Source: an uncultured Chloroflexia bacterium | GTDB taxonomy: Bacteria > Chloroflexota > Dehalococcoidia > DSTF01 > JALHUB01 | Assembly: GCA_963726245.1 (NCBI GenBank) | Contig: CAVSBT010000017.1 | Location: 64,001 to 128,000, forward strand | Reading direction: 5' to 3' | DNA: 64,000 nt | Part shown: one piece after another, positions 50,727 to 63,221 of the stretch | Layout of the letters: each line of letters begins with the position of its first letter | Numbering within the stretch: the first letter of the stretch is position 1 | Program-made: the position numbers and the translations under genes | The notes under the pieces: model-generated | What the model was told of the DNA's origin: nothing | Database searches by the model: none | Seen by the model: only the letters and a program-made list of their open reading frames with translations

Positions 50727-50753
50727 GCCCGCCGATCACAGGAGTGGACACCC

Positions 50754-53175
50754 ATGAGCACGCCTGAGCCGCCCGGTGCACCGGGCATCCCAGCTCGCTG
50801 GACGTCGAGCGCCAAGAGCGGCGTCGGCACGGCCGCCAGCGATCACAGTCGCATCTGGTTCACCCTTTCCCACGGCATCGTCAACGAGGTGTACTACCCG
50901 ACGATAGACCAAGCCAACACCCGGGACCTGGGCTTCCTGGTGACCGACGAGTCCGGCTTCTTCTCAGAGGAGAAACGCCACGCGGAAGCGAGATCTCGCC
51001 CCTGGCGCAGGGGGTACCCGCTTACCAGTTGACGAACACCTGCAACCAGGGGCGGTATCGCATCGTCAAGACCGTCGTGACCGATCCCCGGAGGGAGGTG
51101 CTAGTCCAGCAGGTGCGCTTTGAGCCTCTTCAAGGACGCCTGGCAGACTACAGCCTGTACGCGCTCCTGGCGCCCCACATCGGCAACCACGGCCGCGGCA
51201 ACGACGGCTGGGCCGGCGACTACAAGGGCATCCCCATGCTGTTCGCCAGGCGAAAGGGGACCTCCCTGGCCCTCGCCTGTTCCACCCCGTTTCGAGCCAT
51301 GAGTTGCGGCTACGTTGGCTTCAGCGACGGCTGGCAGGACATCAGCGCCCACAAACGCATGACCTGGTTCTACCCGGAGGCGCGGGACGGGAACATCGCC
51401 CTGACCGGCGAGATCGATCTCGGGGCCTGCAACGGGAGCTTCGTCCTGGTCCTCGCCTTCGGAAGCAACCCGGCGGAAGCAGGCCAGCGGGCTCGGGCCT
51501 CGCTATTGCAGGATTTCGATCGAGTGGCGGACGAGTACGTGAGCCAGTGGACCACGTGCCAGTCGCAGTGCCTCGATCTGGGCGCCGTTGATGAATCCGG
51601 CTTTGACGTTTACCGGGTAAGCACCGCTGTGCTGAAGACGCACCAGGCGAAGCTCATGCCGGGGGGAATGATCGCCAGTCTGTCCATCCCCTGGGGCTTC
51701 TCGAAGGGCGACGACGACCTCGGCGGCTACCACCTGGTCTGGCCTCGCGACCTGGTCGAGGCTGCCGGGGGCCTGCTGGCGGCCGGCGATGTCGCGAGCG
51801 TCCGTCAGGCCCTCTTCTACCTGATGTGCACCCAAGAAGCCGATGGTCACTGGCCGCAGAACATGTGGCTTGACGGCGCTCCCTACTGGAGCGGCGTGCA
51901 GATGGACGAGACCGCCTTCCCCATTCTCCTCGCCGATGCCTTGCGACGGATGAACGAGTTGCACCATCTCGACCCCTGGCCAATGGTCTGCCGAGCGGCC
52001 GGCTTTCCTGGCATGCAACGGCCCTGTCACCGCGCAGGACCGCTGGGAAGAGGACGGCGGCTACTCACCCTTTACCCTGGCCGTCGAGGTCGCTGCCCTG
52101 CTTGCCGCCGCGGATTTCGCCGACGAAGCAGGCGAGACGCAGGCGGCCGGCTACCTGCGGGAGACGGCCGACACGTGGAACACGAGCATAGAGCGCTGGA
52201 TCTACGTGACCGGCGGCGACTTGGCGCGGCAAGTCGGGGTGGAGGGCTACTACGTGCGTATCGCTCCACCCGAGGAGGCGGACGCTGCCTCACCCGCCGC
52301 CGGCTTCGTTCCCATCAAGAACCGCCCAGTCGGAGAGAGCACCGCTCCCTGCGACCAAATCGTCAGTCCGGATGCCCTGTCGCTTGTCAGGTTTGGGCTG
52401 CGGGCCCCCGATGATCCCGCGAATCGTGAACACCGTCAAGGTGATCGACGCTATCCTCAAGTCGGAAACTGCGAGGGGCCCGGTCTGGCACCGTTACAAC
52501 GGGGACGGCTACGGGGAGCATGAGGATGGGAGTCCCTTCGACGGCACAGGGACCGGCCGTGGCTGGCCCCTGCTGGCGGGCGAACGGGCTCACTACGAGC
52601 TGGCCGCGGGCAACCGGGCCGAAGCAGAGCGGCTGCTTCGGGTGATGGAGGCCCAGGCCGGCGTCGGCGGGCTCATCTCCGAGCAAGTATGGGACGCCGC
52701 CGACATCCCGGACCGGGAGCTCTTCAATGGGCGGCCCTCCGGCTCAGCGATGCCTCTGGTGTGGGCGCACGCCGAGTATGTCAAACTGCGGCGGTCTCTC
52801 CGCGACGGTCAGGTGTTTGACACGCCGCCTCAGCCGGTGAAACGCTATCAGGTCGACAAGATCGACTGCAGCCTCGCCACGTGGCGCTTCAACCAAAAGT
52901 GTCGAGACATTCCGGCCTGCAAGGTCCTCCGTATAGAGGTGCTGGCTCCCGCCCTGGTGCACTGGAGCGTTGATGATTGGCGCACGACGCAGGACAGCAA
53001 GACCACAGATACGGGGCTGGGCGTCCATTTCGCCGATCTGCCTACTGACAAGCTGCCCGTCGGGTCGAGGGTGCTCTTCACGCTGTTCTGGGTCGAAGCC
53101 GAGCGGTGGCAAGACGAGGACTTCGAGGTGACGGTGGGAGAGGCGTCTGCTCAGGGGAGCCCGCTGGCTAGCTAG
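50754..53175 (+). CDS. GH15 glucoamylase/glucodextranase (frameshifts near 50990, 52010 and 52420)
   Basis: 'WTSSAKSGVG', 'GGYHLVWPRDL', 'QMDETAFP', 'QDRWEE' (alternate frame), 'SAMPLVWAHAEY'. Confidence 0.9.
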
Positions 53176-53250
53176 CCCGGTCTCCTCTTGCGATGTCCTG
53201 ATGGCCGCTTGGAGGACCCCACGAAGGCGGGCGCGTGTGCGCCCGCGCCG

Positions 53251-55065
53251 TTACCAGGGCGGAGGCGATGGGTCACCCCAAAAGTCGTAGGTGAGCGACG
53301 CGACGTCGTCCACACCGAACGACCCGTCATCATACATGCCGACCAGCACCCAGGTGTCTGCCTCCGAGAGGGTCATGCCGATGGCGTACACGGCGTCGAC
53401 GCCGCGGTCTTCGTACAGCGTCGAGCAGTACTTGTAGATGTCTCTGTTCGGGTCGGTGAGGGCGCAGTCGCCAGCGTATGCCACCTCATAGGACGCGAGG
53501 TATACCCCAATCGCCTCCTCAGGTGTCCAGTAGCCGATGGGCGCGGCCATCGGCGGCTGCGGTGGCGGCGTGGCGGTAGGCTGAAGCGCCGGCGATGTCG
53601 GGGCGGGTGCCGGAGTTGCTGCGGGATGGCGCGGCGGCACCACGAGCCCCATCTCGTTGGCGAGGACGTTGCTCTGGAGCTGGGCCAGGTATTCTAGGCC
53701 ATCGAAGGATATCGAGTCCTCCAGCGACATCGTGGCCACCACCGCCAGGACGTTCGACTGACGGAACCCGATGATGCCGAGAATGTACGGAGGCTCGTCC
53801 GGCGACTCAACAATCTCCTCAGCGCGGAACAGACAACTCTCGTCGCCTATCGCCGGGTCCGAAAGCTGCTCCGGTTCATAGAATTCAAGGCCGACGGCCG
53901 TTATGAACTCCCAGGCCGTGTCCGTGAACTCGTCGCATCCCGACACAGCGTCGGAGGCGCCCTCCTCTGTCTCGTAGAGGTCGATCTGAGTCATGACAAC
54001 CAGCGGCGTCTCGCTACCCTGGTCGACGGCCTGGAAGTTGTCGAAGAGGCGTCGTACGCCTCCCTGGCGGCCGTGGGACTCGTAGAAGTCCAGCGCCGCG
54101 GCCGGGTCCTCATACCAGCTCGCCCTGTCGGCGTTGGCAAGGTAGATCTCCTCGCTGAGGTCGAGATTGGTCCCGATGTCAGAGGCCGACAGCAGGGGGA
54201 CGTTACCCTGGAAGAGATCCGTCGGCGTCTCTTCCGCGCTGGGAATGACCACCGCCGTCGTCGCTTTGGCCTCGTCGATGAGGGATAGCGCCAGGTTCAC
54301 GGGGCGGACGCGGCCGGAGGTCTCCGGGCCGAGCTGTTCGACGTAGTAGACCGCCGTGGGCACGCCGACGAGGTAGCCGCGCTCATCGAAAGTGCCGCCG
54401 CCGCTGTTGCCGGCGGCAATGCGAGCGTCGGTCTTGATCCAGGCCTGTTTGCGCCCCTCGGCGGACAGAAAGCCGCTGACGGAACCCTTTGTGAGTTCGA
54501 GCGAACCCTCGCCGATGGCCGGATAGCCCAGCACCGTCAGGTTACCGCCGATTTCGAGGTCGTCCGAGTCTCCAACCTTGACCGCGTCTAGATCCAGGGC
54601 CTCCGGATCGACTTCGATGCCGTTCCTGTTGCGTGTGATCCGTATGATCGCCAGGTCAAGCTCCTCATCCCAGGCAGCGAGCCCTCCGAAGTAGGTGAGA
54701 TCGGGGACGTCCTCAGGCGTGGCGGGCACGTAGATGGCGATGTCGTCGTAGGCGCCCACGCCCTCAGGGTCCACCACGTGGTAGTTGGTCAGGATGAGGC
54801 CGCTCTTGTCAACGATGGTCCCCGAGCCGCTGGCGACAGGCTCGAAGTCCCTGCCGGCGTGCGTCCCCGGCGCCACCATGACGACCGACCTCGACAGGTC
54901 CTCCACGTCCAGGCTTGCCTTGGGCGTCGCGGTTTCAGCCGGCGTTCGCGATGGCTTCGGCGTCGGCGTGGGCTCCGCTTTGCCGCCGGAGCCGCCGCAG
55001 GCCGCTCCCAGCGCGACCACCACGGCGATGACCATCAGACAGGCGCTAAGACTGAACTTGCGCAT
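53251..55065 (-). CDS. trypsin-like serine protease lipoprotein with extra C-terminal domains
   Basis: Lipobox LGAAC; catalytic triad 'LTNYHVV', 'DLAII', 'GNSGG'. Confidence 0.88.
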   Translation of the reverse strand: MRKFSLSACLMVIAVVVALGAACGGSGGKAEPTPTPKPSRTPAETATPKASLDVEDLSRSVVMVAPGTHAGRDFEPVASGSGTIVDKSGLILTNYHVVDPEGVGAYDDIAIYVPATPEDVPDLTYFGGLAAWDEELDLAIIRITRNRNGIEVDPEALDLDAVKVGDSDDLEIGGNLTVLGYPAIGEGSLELTKGSVSGFLSAEGRKQAWIKTDARIAAGNSGGGTFDERGYLVGVPTAVYYVEQLGPETSGRVRPVNLALSLIDEAKATTAVVIPSAEETPTDLFQGNVPLLSASDIGTNLDLSEEIYLANADRASWYEDPAAALDFYESHGRQGGVRRLFDNFQAVDQGSETPLVVMTQIDLYETEEGASDAVSGCDEFTDTAWEFITAVGLEFYEPEQLSDPAIGDESCLFRAEEIVESPDEPPYILGIIGFRQSNVLAVVATMSLEDSISFDGLEYLAQLQSNVLANEMGLVVPPRHPAATPAPAPTSPALQPTATPPPQPPMAAPIGYWTPEEAIGVYLASYEVAYAGDCALTDPNRDIYKYCSTLYEDRGVDAVYAIGMTLSEADTWVLVGMYDDGSFGVDDVASLTYDFWGDPSPPPW

Positions 55066-55279
55066 CTCGCTACCCTCCATCACCGGGCGGCGGGCAGCCC
55101 TCGGCCGTCCGCTGCACCGGCAGAGGCTCGTGTATGGCCTCTATCATCTTGATCGGCAGCGGGCGGCGACTCTGGACATCGGCCGATAGGCGTAGCTTGG
55201 GATTCTTCGGCGAGGAGGTCTATGTCCAGACGGTGTCGAGGCTCAGTAGAAGGAGTTCGGGGTGTCCAGCCGCCCGCGG

Positions 55280-58200
55280 TTAAGCCGCCGCCTTCTCCTC
55301 AGGTGCGTACCGGAGCAGGCGGCGCAGCATGTTTCGCTTGTGGAGCCGCACCAGGGCCTCCACTACTTTGGGGCTAAACTGCCCGCCCGAACACGCCACG
55401 ATCTCCCGTATGGCCGCGGCGACGGAGCGGGCTGCCCTGTAGGGGCGGTCGCTCGTTATGGCGTCGAAGGCGTCGGCCGCAGCGACGATGGTGGCGGCTT
55501 CCGGAATGGCCTCGCCTGCCAGACCGTCAGGATACCCGCCGCCGTCCCAGCGCTCATGGTGCGAGCGGGCGATGGTGGCCGCCAGTTCGAAGCCCGGCCG
55601 CCCGGCCAGGAACTCGCCGCCCCAGGTGGTATGGTGTTTCATTAGTTCCCATTCTTCGTTGGCTAGTGTGCCTGTGCTGGCCAGCAAGGAATCCGGTACG
55701 CGGACCTTGCCGATGTCATGGAGCACCGCCGCCAGGCCCAGATCCTTCGCTTCCTCTTCGCCGTAGTCAAGCTCATGTGCCAGCGCTTCGCTGATCGCGC
55801 GGACGTTCTGGAGGTGGAGACCGGTGGTAGAGTCGTGAGCCTCGGCGGCGGCGGCGAGCAGCATCACCGTCTCGGTATGGGACTGGGCGAGGCGGGCTGA
55901 GGCTGACCGGAGTTCCTCAAGCAGCGCCGCCGTGCGCGCGATCGCTGTGTCCTGCGTGTCCGCCATCTGCTTGCGCTCGGTGACGTCGGTGAAAAAGCCC
56001 ACATTGCACTTACGGCCGTCTAAGACCACCATAATGGCGTTGACGTCAGCGTAGAATAGGCTGCCGTCTTTGCGCTGGCACGGAAGGTCAGCTGACAACA
56101 GCTTTTCACCCCGCGCTTGGGCCTCGAACTCGGCCAGCACGTAGTCCAAGGACTCCTTTGGGTGAATGTCCGCCACGCCTATCCGCAAGAACTCTTCTTC
56201 AGTGTATCCGAACATCCTGCACATCGCTGGGTTGGCATGGCGGAATTGTTTCGTTTGCAGGTCGGCCACGAGCATTCCCTCTGGGGCGCCTGCGAACAGC
56301 GCCTTGTACCTGGCTTCTGATTCCCGCAGCGCCTCCTCGGCCCGCTTGCGATCGGTGATGTCGGAGATACACCCGACCATTCTGATGGGCTTTCCACTCT
56401 CGTCAAGAACCGCCTGGCCCTTGGAGTTTTGCCAGCGGTATTCGCCCGATTTATGCCGATGCCGATAGTCAACATCATATCTCGTGCCCTTTTCAAGATG
56501 GTTGTTCATAGCGGTGACCACACGATCGTAGTCATCAGGGTGGATTCTTGATGCCCACGAAGTGTACGTATGAGGCAATGCCGGATCATCAAACGAGTAT
56601 CCGATAATTTCACACCAGCGAGGGGAAAAGAACTCCTGATTGGTTTGAATATCCCATTCCCAAAGGCCCTCTTCAGTCGCATTGATCGCTAGCCGAAATC
56701 TTTCCTCGCTCTCGCGCAGCGCCTGCTCCGCCTGCCTCTGCTCAATTATGTGGCCCAGTCGCTCGGCAACGGCATTGATTAGACGCCTCTCGGCATCCAG
56801 GAAGGGCCGCTCCTTGCGCTCTGGTTTCTCGTCCAGGTAGTGAACCTCTACGGTACCGCTGGGCCGCCCGCGGACAACAATGTCGGAGGCCTGACTCCAC
56901 TTGGTCTCCCTGAAGTTGTCTGTCGTGAACACCTGCTCTTCGAAGACGATGCGGGCGCACGCAACTTCCGGGTACTGCCAGGCCGGCGGCAGCAGCTCGG
57001 TCGTTGCCTGGAGCATTTGTGGCAGGGAGACATCCCGTTTCTGAGCGAGATCGGACAGGGCATACAGGCAATTGAGTTCGTTGGCCCGCCCTGTGAGAAC
57101 TTCGGGCCGCTGCCGCTTTGCCGCGTACATCTCGCTGTCGGCCAGGCTGATCAGCTCCTCCACCCTTGCGGCCTCAGTGGGGTAGATCGCCAGGCCGATG
57201 CTGACGGCGACGGGCACTGTTGAGTTCATCTCTGGATCAGTCAGGCCGGCGCTGGCCAGAGTTTCGAGCACGGTAGCCTGGTACCGTTCGGCCTCCTGGC
57301 GGTTGGCGCCCGGGAGGATCGCCACGAACTCATCGCCTCCGTAGCGTCCCACCACCGCGCCGTCTCTAGACAGCGCCCCCGCCACCGCGACCAGCACAGC
57401 GTCGCCGATCTGGTGGCCGTAGATGTCGTTTGTGGCCTTAAGACCGTCAACGTCAACCATCGCCACCGTGTGCGAATCGCTGTCGTGGTGCCCGTGGAGC
57501 AGGTTGCGTAGCTCGTCCACGATGGCGCCGTGGTTGAGCACACCGGTCATCGGGTCGCGCCGGGCCTGCTCGCGCAGCGCCTCCACCATCTGCCTGCGCT
57601 CGGTGACGTCGGTGAAAATGCCCACATTGCACTTACGGCCGTCCAAGACCACCGTAACGCCGCTGACGTTGGCGTAGAATAGGCTGCCGTCTTTGCGCTG
57701 GCACGGAAGGTCAGGCGACAGCAGCTTTTCACCGCGCACTTGGGCCTCGAACTCGGCCAGCACGTAGTCCAAGGACTCCTTTGGGTGAATGTCCGCCACG
57801 CCTATCCGCAAGAACTCTTCTTCAGTGTATCCGAACATCCTGCACATCGCTGGGTTGGCATGGCGGAATTGCCTCGTCTGCAGGTCGGCCACGAGCATTC
57901 CCTCTGGGGCGCCTGCGAACAGCGCCTTGTACCTGGCTTCTGATTCCTGCAGCGCCTCCTCGGCCTGCTTCCGCTCAATTATGTGGCCCAGTCGCTCGGC
58001 AACAGCGTTGATTAGACGCCTCTCGGCATCCAGGAAGGGCCCCTCCTCGTGCTCTGGTTTCCCGTCCAGGTAGCGAACCTCTACTGTACCGCTGGGCCGC
58101 CCGCGAACAACAATTTCGGAGGCCTGACTCCACCTGGTCTCCCTGAAGTTGTCTGTCGTGAACACCTGCTCTTCGAAGACGATGCGGGCGCACGTAACTT

Positions 58201-59149
58201 CCGGGTACTGCCAGGCCGGCGGCAGCAGCTCGGTCGTTGCCTGGAGCATTTGTGGCAGGGAGACATCCCGTTTCTGAGCGAGATCGGACAGGTTGTACAG
58301 GCAATTGAGTTCCTTGGCCCGCTCTGCGAGAACTTCGGTCCGGTCCCGCAGTGAGTACTCCGCCAGCCCCCGCGCGCTGACCATCTCGTTGAAGTCCCGG
58401 GCCAGGGAGGCCACCTCCTCCGGGCCGGACACCTTTGCCCTCGCTGCCAGGTCCCCCGATGTGATGGCTCTCACGCTCTTCCGCAGCGAAGCCAGGGGGC
58501 GCACGACTGACAAGATCAGCATCACCATCGCCGTAGTGCCAGCCACGAGGGCAATCAGTCCAAAGGCGACGAACAGCGTAAGGGTGACATCTGCCGCTCG
58601 GTTTGCAGCGGCCCGCTCGGCCGCCAGCTCGGCCTGCTGTCCCTTGGCCAGTTGCTCCAGGCCGAGGATGAAAGTCTCGGCGAGAGGCCATAGTCGTGGC
58701 AGTTGCTCTTGCGCCGTCTCTACACGGGCACTCCTGTCGGCGGAAAGCGAAGAGACCCAGAGCGTGTCCATCTCTTGGGCCAATTGCTGCCTTTGCTTGT
58801 TCAGTTCGCCGACCGCATCGAGTTGCTCCTTCGAACCCAAGGAGATCAACACAGCCCGCGCCTGGTCGAGGTCTTCCTGCGTAGCCTGGGTGACCTGCCG
58901 GTACAAATCATAGAAGGGGGACGGGTCGTCTGCCACTGCCGCGATGGCGGCCGAGGCTGCGGCCAGGTAAGACTGGGCGCGGGCATCGTCTAGGGCGGAA
59001 ACTACAGTGGACCTGCGCTGCAGCGAGCTATGTCGGTTCTCGTCGTCGTGGGCACGCCAGACCGCCAGCGCCACCACGGCCGCCAGGAGCAGCACGAACA
59101 CCGCCCCTAAAAGGACGGCTCGTCCGCGGGCTGATCTCCAACCAAACAT
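55280..59149 (-). CDS. membrane HAMP-GAF-like-PAS-GGDEF-GAF-like-PAS-PAS-HD-GYP c-di-GMP enzyme
   Basis: Two TM segments, HAMP 'EEVASLARDFNEM', 'RYGGDEF', 'LHDIGK', 'HHERWDGGGYP'. Confidence 0.93.
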   Translation of the reverse strand: MFGWRSARGRAVLLGAVFVLLLAAVVALAVWRAHDDENRHSSLQRRSTVVSALDDARAQSYLAAASAAIAAVADDPSPFYDLYRQVTQATQEDLDQARAVLISLGSKEQLDAVGELNKQRQQLAQEMDTLWVSSLSADRSARVETAQEQLPRLWPLAETFILGLEQLAKGQQAELAAERAAANRAADVTLTLFVAFGLIALVAGTTAMVMLILSVVRPLASLRKSVRAITSGDLAARAKVSGPEEVASLARDFNEMVSARGLAEYSLRDRTEVLAERAKELNCLYNLSDLAQKRDVSLPQMLQATTELLPPAWQYPEVTCARIVFEEQVFTTDNFRETRWSQASEIVVRGRPSGTVEVRYLDGKPEHEEGPFLDAERRLINAVAERLGHIIERKQAEEALQESEARYKALFAGAPEGMLVADLQTRQFRHANPAMCRMFGYTEEEFLRIGVADIHPKESLDYVLAEFEAQVRGEKLLSPDLPCQRKDGSLFYANVSGVTVVLDGRKCNVGIFTDVTERRQMVEALREQARRDPMTGVLNHGAIVDELRNLLHGHHDSDSHTVAMVDVDGLKATNDIYGHQIGDAVLVAVAGALSRDGAVVGRYGGDEFVAILPGANRQEAERYQATVLETLASAGLTDPEMNSTVPVAVSIGLAIYPTEAARVEELISLADSEMYAAKRQRPEVLTGRANELNCLYALSDLAQKRDVSLPQMLQATTELLPPAWQYPEVACARIVFEEQVFTTDNFRETKWSQASDIVVRGRPSGTVEVHYLDEKPERKERPFLDAERRLINAVAERLGHIIEQRQAEQALRESEERFRLAINATEEGLWEWDIQTNQEFFSPRWCEIIGYSFDDPALPHTYTSWASRIHPDDYDRVVTAMNNHLEKGTRYDVDYRHRHKSGEYRWQNSKGQAVLDESGKPIRMVGCISDITDRKRAEEALRESEARYKALFAGAPEGMLVADLQTKQFRHANPAMCRMFGYTEEEFLRIGVADIHPKESLDYVLAEFEAQARGEKLLSADLPCQRKDGSLFYADVNAIMVVLDGRKCNVGFFTDVTERKQMADTQDTAIARTAALLEELRSASARLAQSHTETVMLLAAAAEAHDSTTGLHLQNVRAISEALAHELDYGEEEAKDLGLAAVLHDIGKVRVPDSLLASTGTLANEEWELMKHHTTWGGEFLAGRPGFELAATIARSHHERWDGGGYPDGLAGEAIPEAATIVAAADAFDAITSDRPYRAARSVAAAIREIVACSGGQFSPKVVEALVRLHKRNMLRRLLRYAPEEKAAA
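55972..56342 (-). repeat. intragenic repeat B2 (PAS module), near-identical to 57595-57964
   Basis: Shared long runs such as gggcctcgaactcggccagcacgtagtccaaggactcctttgggtgaatgtccgccacgcctatccgcaagaac. Confidence 0.92.
56741..57108 (-). repeat. intragenic repeat A2 (GAF-like module), near-identical to 57974-58341
   Basis: Shared ctcaattatgtggcccagtcgctcggcaac ... gagcatttgtggcagggagacatcccgtttctgagcgagatcggacagg. Confidence 0.92.
57595..58341 (-). repeat. intragenic repeats B1 and A1 (adjacent first copies)
   Basis: Copies of 55972-56342 and 56741-57108. Confidence 0.92.
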
Positions 59150-59522
59150 CGCTGGCGCTACTCTCCCTCCTGCTCGACCATGCTCATGGCAGGCTGGGAT
59201 TGCCAAAGGTAACCTGGGCAGAGGGGGCTCCTGCGCTTACCTTTGCACTTGTTAAGACCTCTCACGAGACGGATATGCATCTGTGGACACGATGGAGGGT
59301 CAGCCCCAAGGCCGCCCGCCGCGATCAGCAGGCGGCTTGGCCGGCGCCGGACTTCCCTCCTACTGTCTTGTTCGGCAGCGCTCATTAGATCGGAGATTGA
59401 CCGAGAGGATGACCAGGAATCAGCCTATCGGTGGATGCCTGCGGCTCGCCGGTGGGCGTCGTGTGCTCTTCAACTCCTAGACCTAGCGCTGACGAGGGGT
59501 CGCAGGAACGCGCATACCCAGA

Positions 59523-59551
59523 TTGCCCACCCCAGGGGCCTGTGCTATACT
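59523..59551 (+). promoter_or_regulatory. rpsB promoter
   Basis: TTGCCC, 17-nt spacer, extended -10 TGcTATACT. Confidence 0.7.
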
Positions 59552-59557
59552 GGCGAA

Positions 59558-59670
59558 GCGCCAGGGGGGACCGCCTCTGGCGCAAGGCCTGATTTGCGAT
59601 GGTCGCCGGCCATCGCGTGGCAATGGCCCCTCGAGGGGCTTCTTTCGGTCACAGACACGAGAGGAGTGGA
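59558..59670 (+). promoter_or_regulatory. structured rpsB 5' leader (probable S2 autoregulatory element)
   Basis: Hairpins gcgccaggg..cctctggcgc, gcgatgg..ccatcgc and gcccctcgaggggc between the promoter and rpsB. Confidence 0.45.
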
Positions 59671-59671
59671 G

Positions 59672-60493
59672 TTGGCAACAGCCGTATCGATGAAGATGCT
59701 CTTGGAAGCGGGGGTCCACTTCGGGCATCAGACCCGGCGTTGGGACCCCCGAATGCGCAGCTTCATCTTCACGGAGCGCAACGGCATCCATATCATCGAC
59801 CTTCAGCAGACGGTGCAGCGCCTGTCCGATGCCTGCGACTTCGTACGGGACGTGGCGGCGAGGGGGGAAACCGTCCTCTTTGTGGGCACGAAGAAGCAGG
59901 CCCAGGAGTCCATCGAGCTGGAGGCCAAGCGCTGCACGATGCCCTACGTCAATAACCGCTGGCTGGGCGGTACTCTCACCAACTTCGCAACCATCCAGGG
60001 CCGCATCGACTACCTGGTGCGCCTGGAGGACTCTCGCGCCCGCGGTGAGTTTCAACGCCTGCCTAAGAAAGAAGCCCTCAAGATCGACGAAGAGATCGAG
60101 CGCCTCAACCGCCACTTCGGCGGCATCAAGGAGATGACGCGGCTGCCCGGCGCCATCTTCCTCGTTGATCCGAGCATGGAGCGGATCGCCGTTGCTGAGG
60201 CCGTCCGCGTCGGCATCCCCATCCTGGCGATGGTCGACACCAACTGCAACCCCGACGAGATCGACTATCCTATCCCCTCCAACGATGACGCTATCCGCGC
60301 TGTCAAGCTGATGACCAGCCGCGTCGCCGATGCCGCCCTGGAGGGCCTGGCCGTCCGCGAGTACGGCGAGGGATACGCGGCGGATGGGGAGCTAGTGGCC
60401 GCCGGCCAGGTCTTCTCTGCCTCACCGGACGAGCCAGAGCCGGTCTACGAGGAAGAAGCCCCGGCTGAGCCCGGCCCGGTGTCCGAGGCCTAG
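59672..60493 (+). CDS. rpsB: 30S ribosomal protein S2
   Basis: '[17 protein letters not shown]', 'RWLGGTLTN', 'PSNDDAIRA'. Confidence 0.98.
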   Translation: MATAVSMKMLLEAGVHFGHQTRRWDPRMRSFIFTERNGIHIIDLQQTVQRLSDACDFVRDVAARGETVLFVGTKKQAQESIELEAKRCTMPYVNNRWLGGTLTNFATIQGRIDYLVRLEDSRARGEFQRLPKKEALKIDEEIERLNRHFGGIKEMTRLPGAIFLVDPSMERIAVAEAVRVGIPILAMVDTNCNPDEIDYPIPSNDDAIRAVKLMTSRVADAALEGLAVREYGEGYAADGELVAAGQVFSASPDEPEPVYEEEAPAEPGPVSEA

Positions 60494-60512
60494 AGGCAGG
60501 GAGCGAAGGTTC

Positions 60513-62380
<1,868 letters not shown>

Positions 62381-62402
62381 AGCGGCGGCGGCTGCTCCTG
62401 CC

Positions 62403-63198
62403 ATGGTTGCTCATCCCGCGCCCCGCGTTACCCAGAAGAAGCCGGCCCACGTGCCGACCCACGTGGCCATCATCATGGACGGCAACGGACGCTGGGCGGC
62501 GCAACGGAGGCTCTCGCGCCAGGCGGGACACCGGGCCGGTACCGAGAACATCCGCCGCGTCATCGAGGCCTTCGCCGAGCGCGGCGTGAAGTACCTGACT
62601 CTGTTCGCCTTCTCCACCGAGAACTGGGGCCGCCCCAGGAAGGAGGTGGACGCCCTTTTGCGTCTCCTGGGCCGCGTCATCAACCGCGAGATCAACGCCC
62701 TGCACAAGAACGGCATCCGGCTGCGCCATATCGGCCGGCTGGATCCCCTTTCCTCCACGCTCCAGAAGAAGGTGCAGGACGCTGTCGAGCTCACCAAGGA
62801 CAACCGGCGAATGACGGTCGAGCGTGGCCTTCAACTACGGCGGCCGGGCCGAGATCCTGGATGCCGTGCGGCGCATGCTGGCCGAAGGCCTCCCACCGGA
62901 GCGCATCGACGACGACGTCTTTCGCTCCTACTTGTACACGGCAGAGCTCCCGGACCCCGACCTGATCATCCGCACGGCGGGGGAGATGAGGCTCTCCAAC
63001 TTCCTCCTCTGGCAATCGGCCTACGCCGAGTACTATGCCACGCCCACCTACTGGCCGGACTTCGACGCCGCCGAGATCGATCGGGCCCTGGAGGCCTACA
63101 GCCACCGTCAGCGCCGGTTCGGCCTGGTTCGGGGCGGCGCCGCGCCGTCTGCCCGCCCGCCGGGGGAGAACAGCCGCGACCGGGCGGCTTCCTCCTAG
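62403..63198 (+). CDS. uppS: undecaprenyl diphosphate synthase (frameshift near 62822)
   Basis: '[13 protein letters not shown]', '[10 protein letters not shown]', 'NYGGRAEI', '[20 protein letters not shown]'. Confidence 0.95.
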
Positions 63199-63221
63199 CC
63201 CCCGAAGGTTCACGTCTCCAC

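Noticed and set aside
55972-58341. Near-identical repeat pairs as a diversity-generating retroelement TR/VR
   Set aside because: No reverse transcriptase is in the window, both copies are in-frame coding domains of one gene, and the differences are not obviously adenine-specific.
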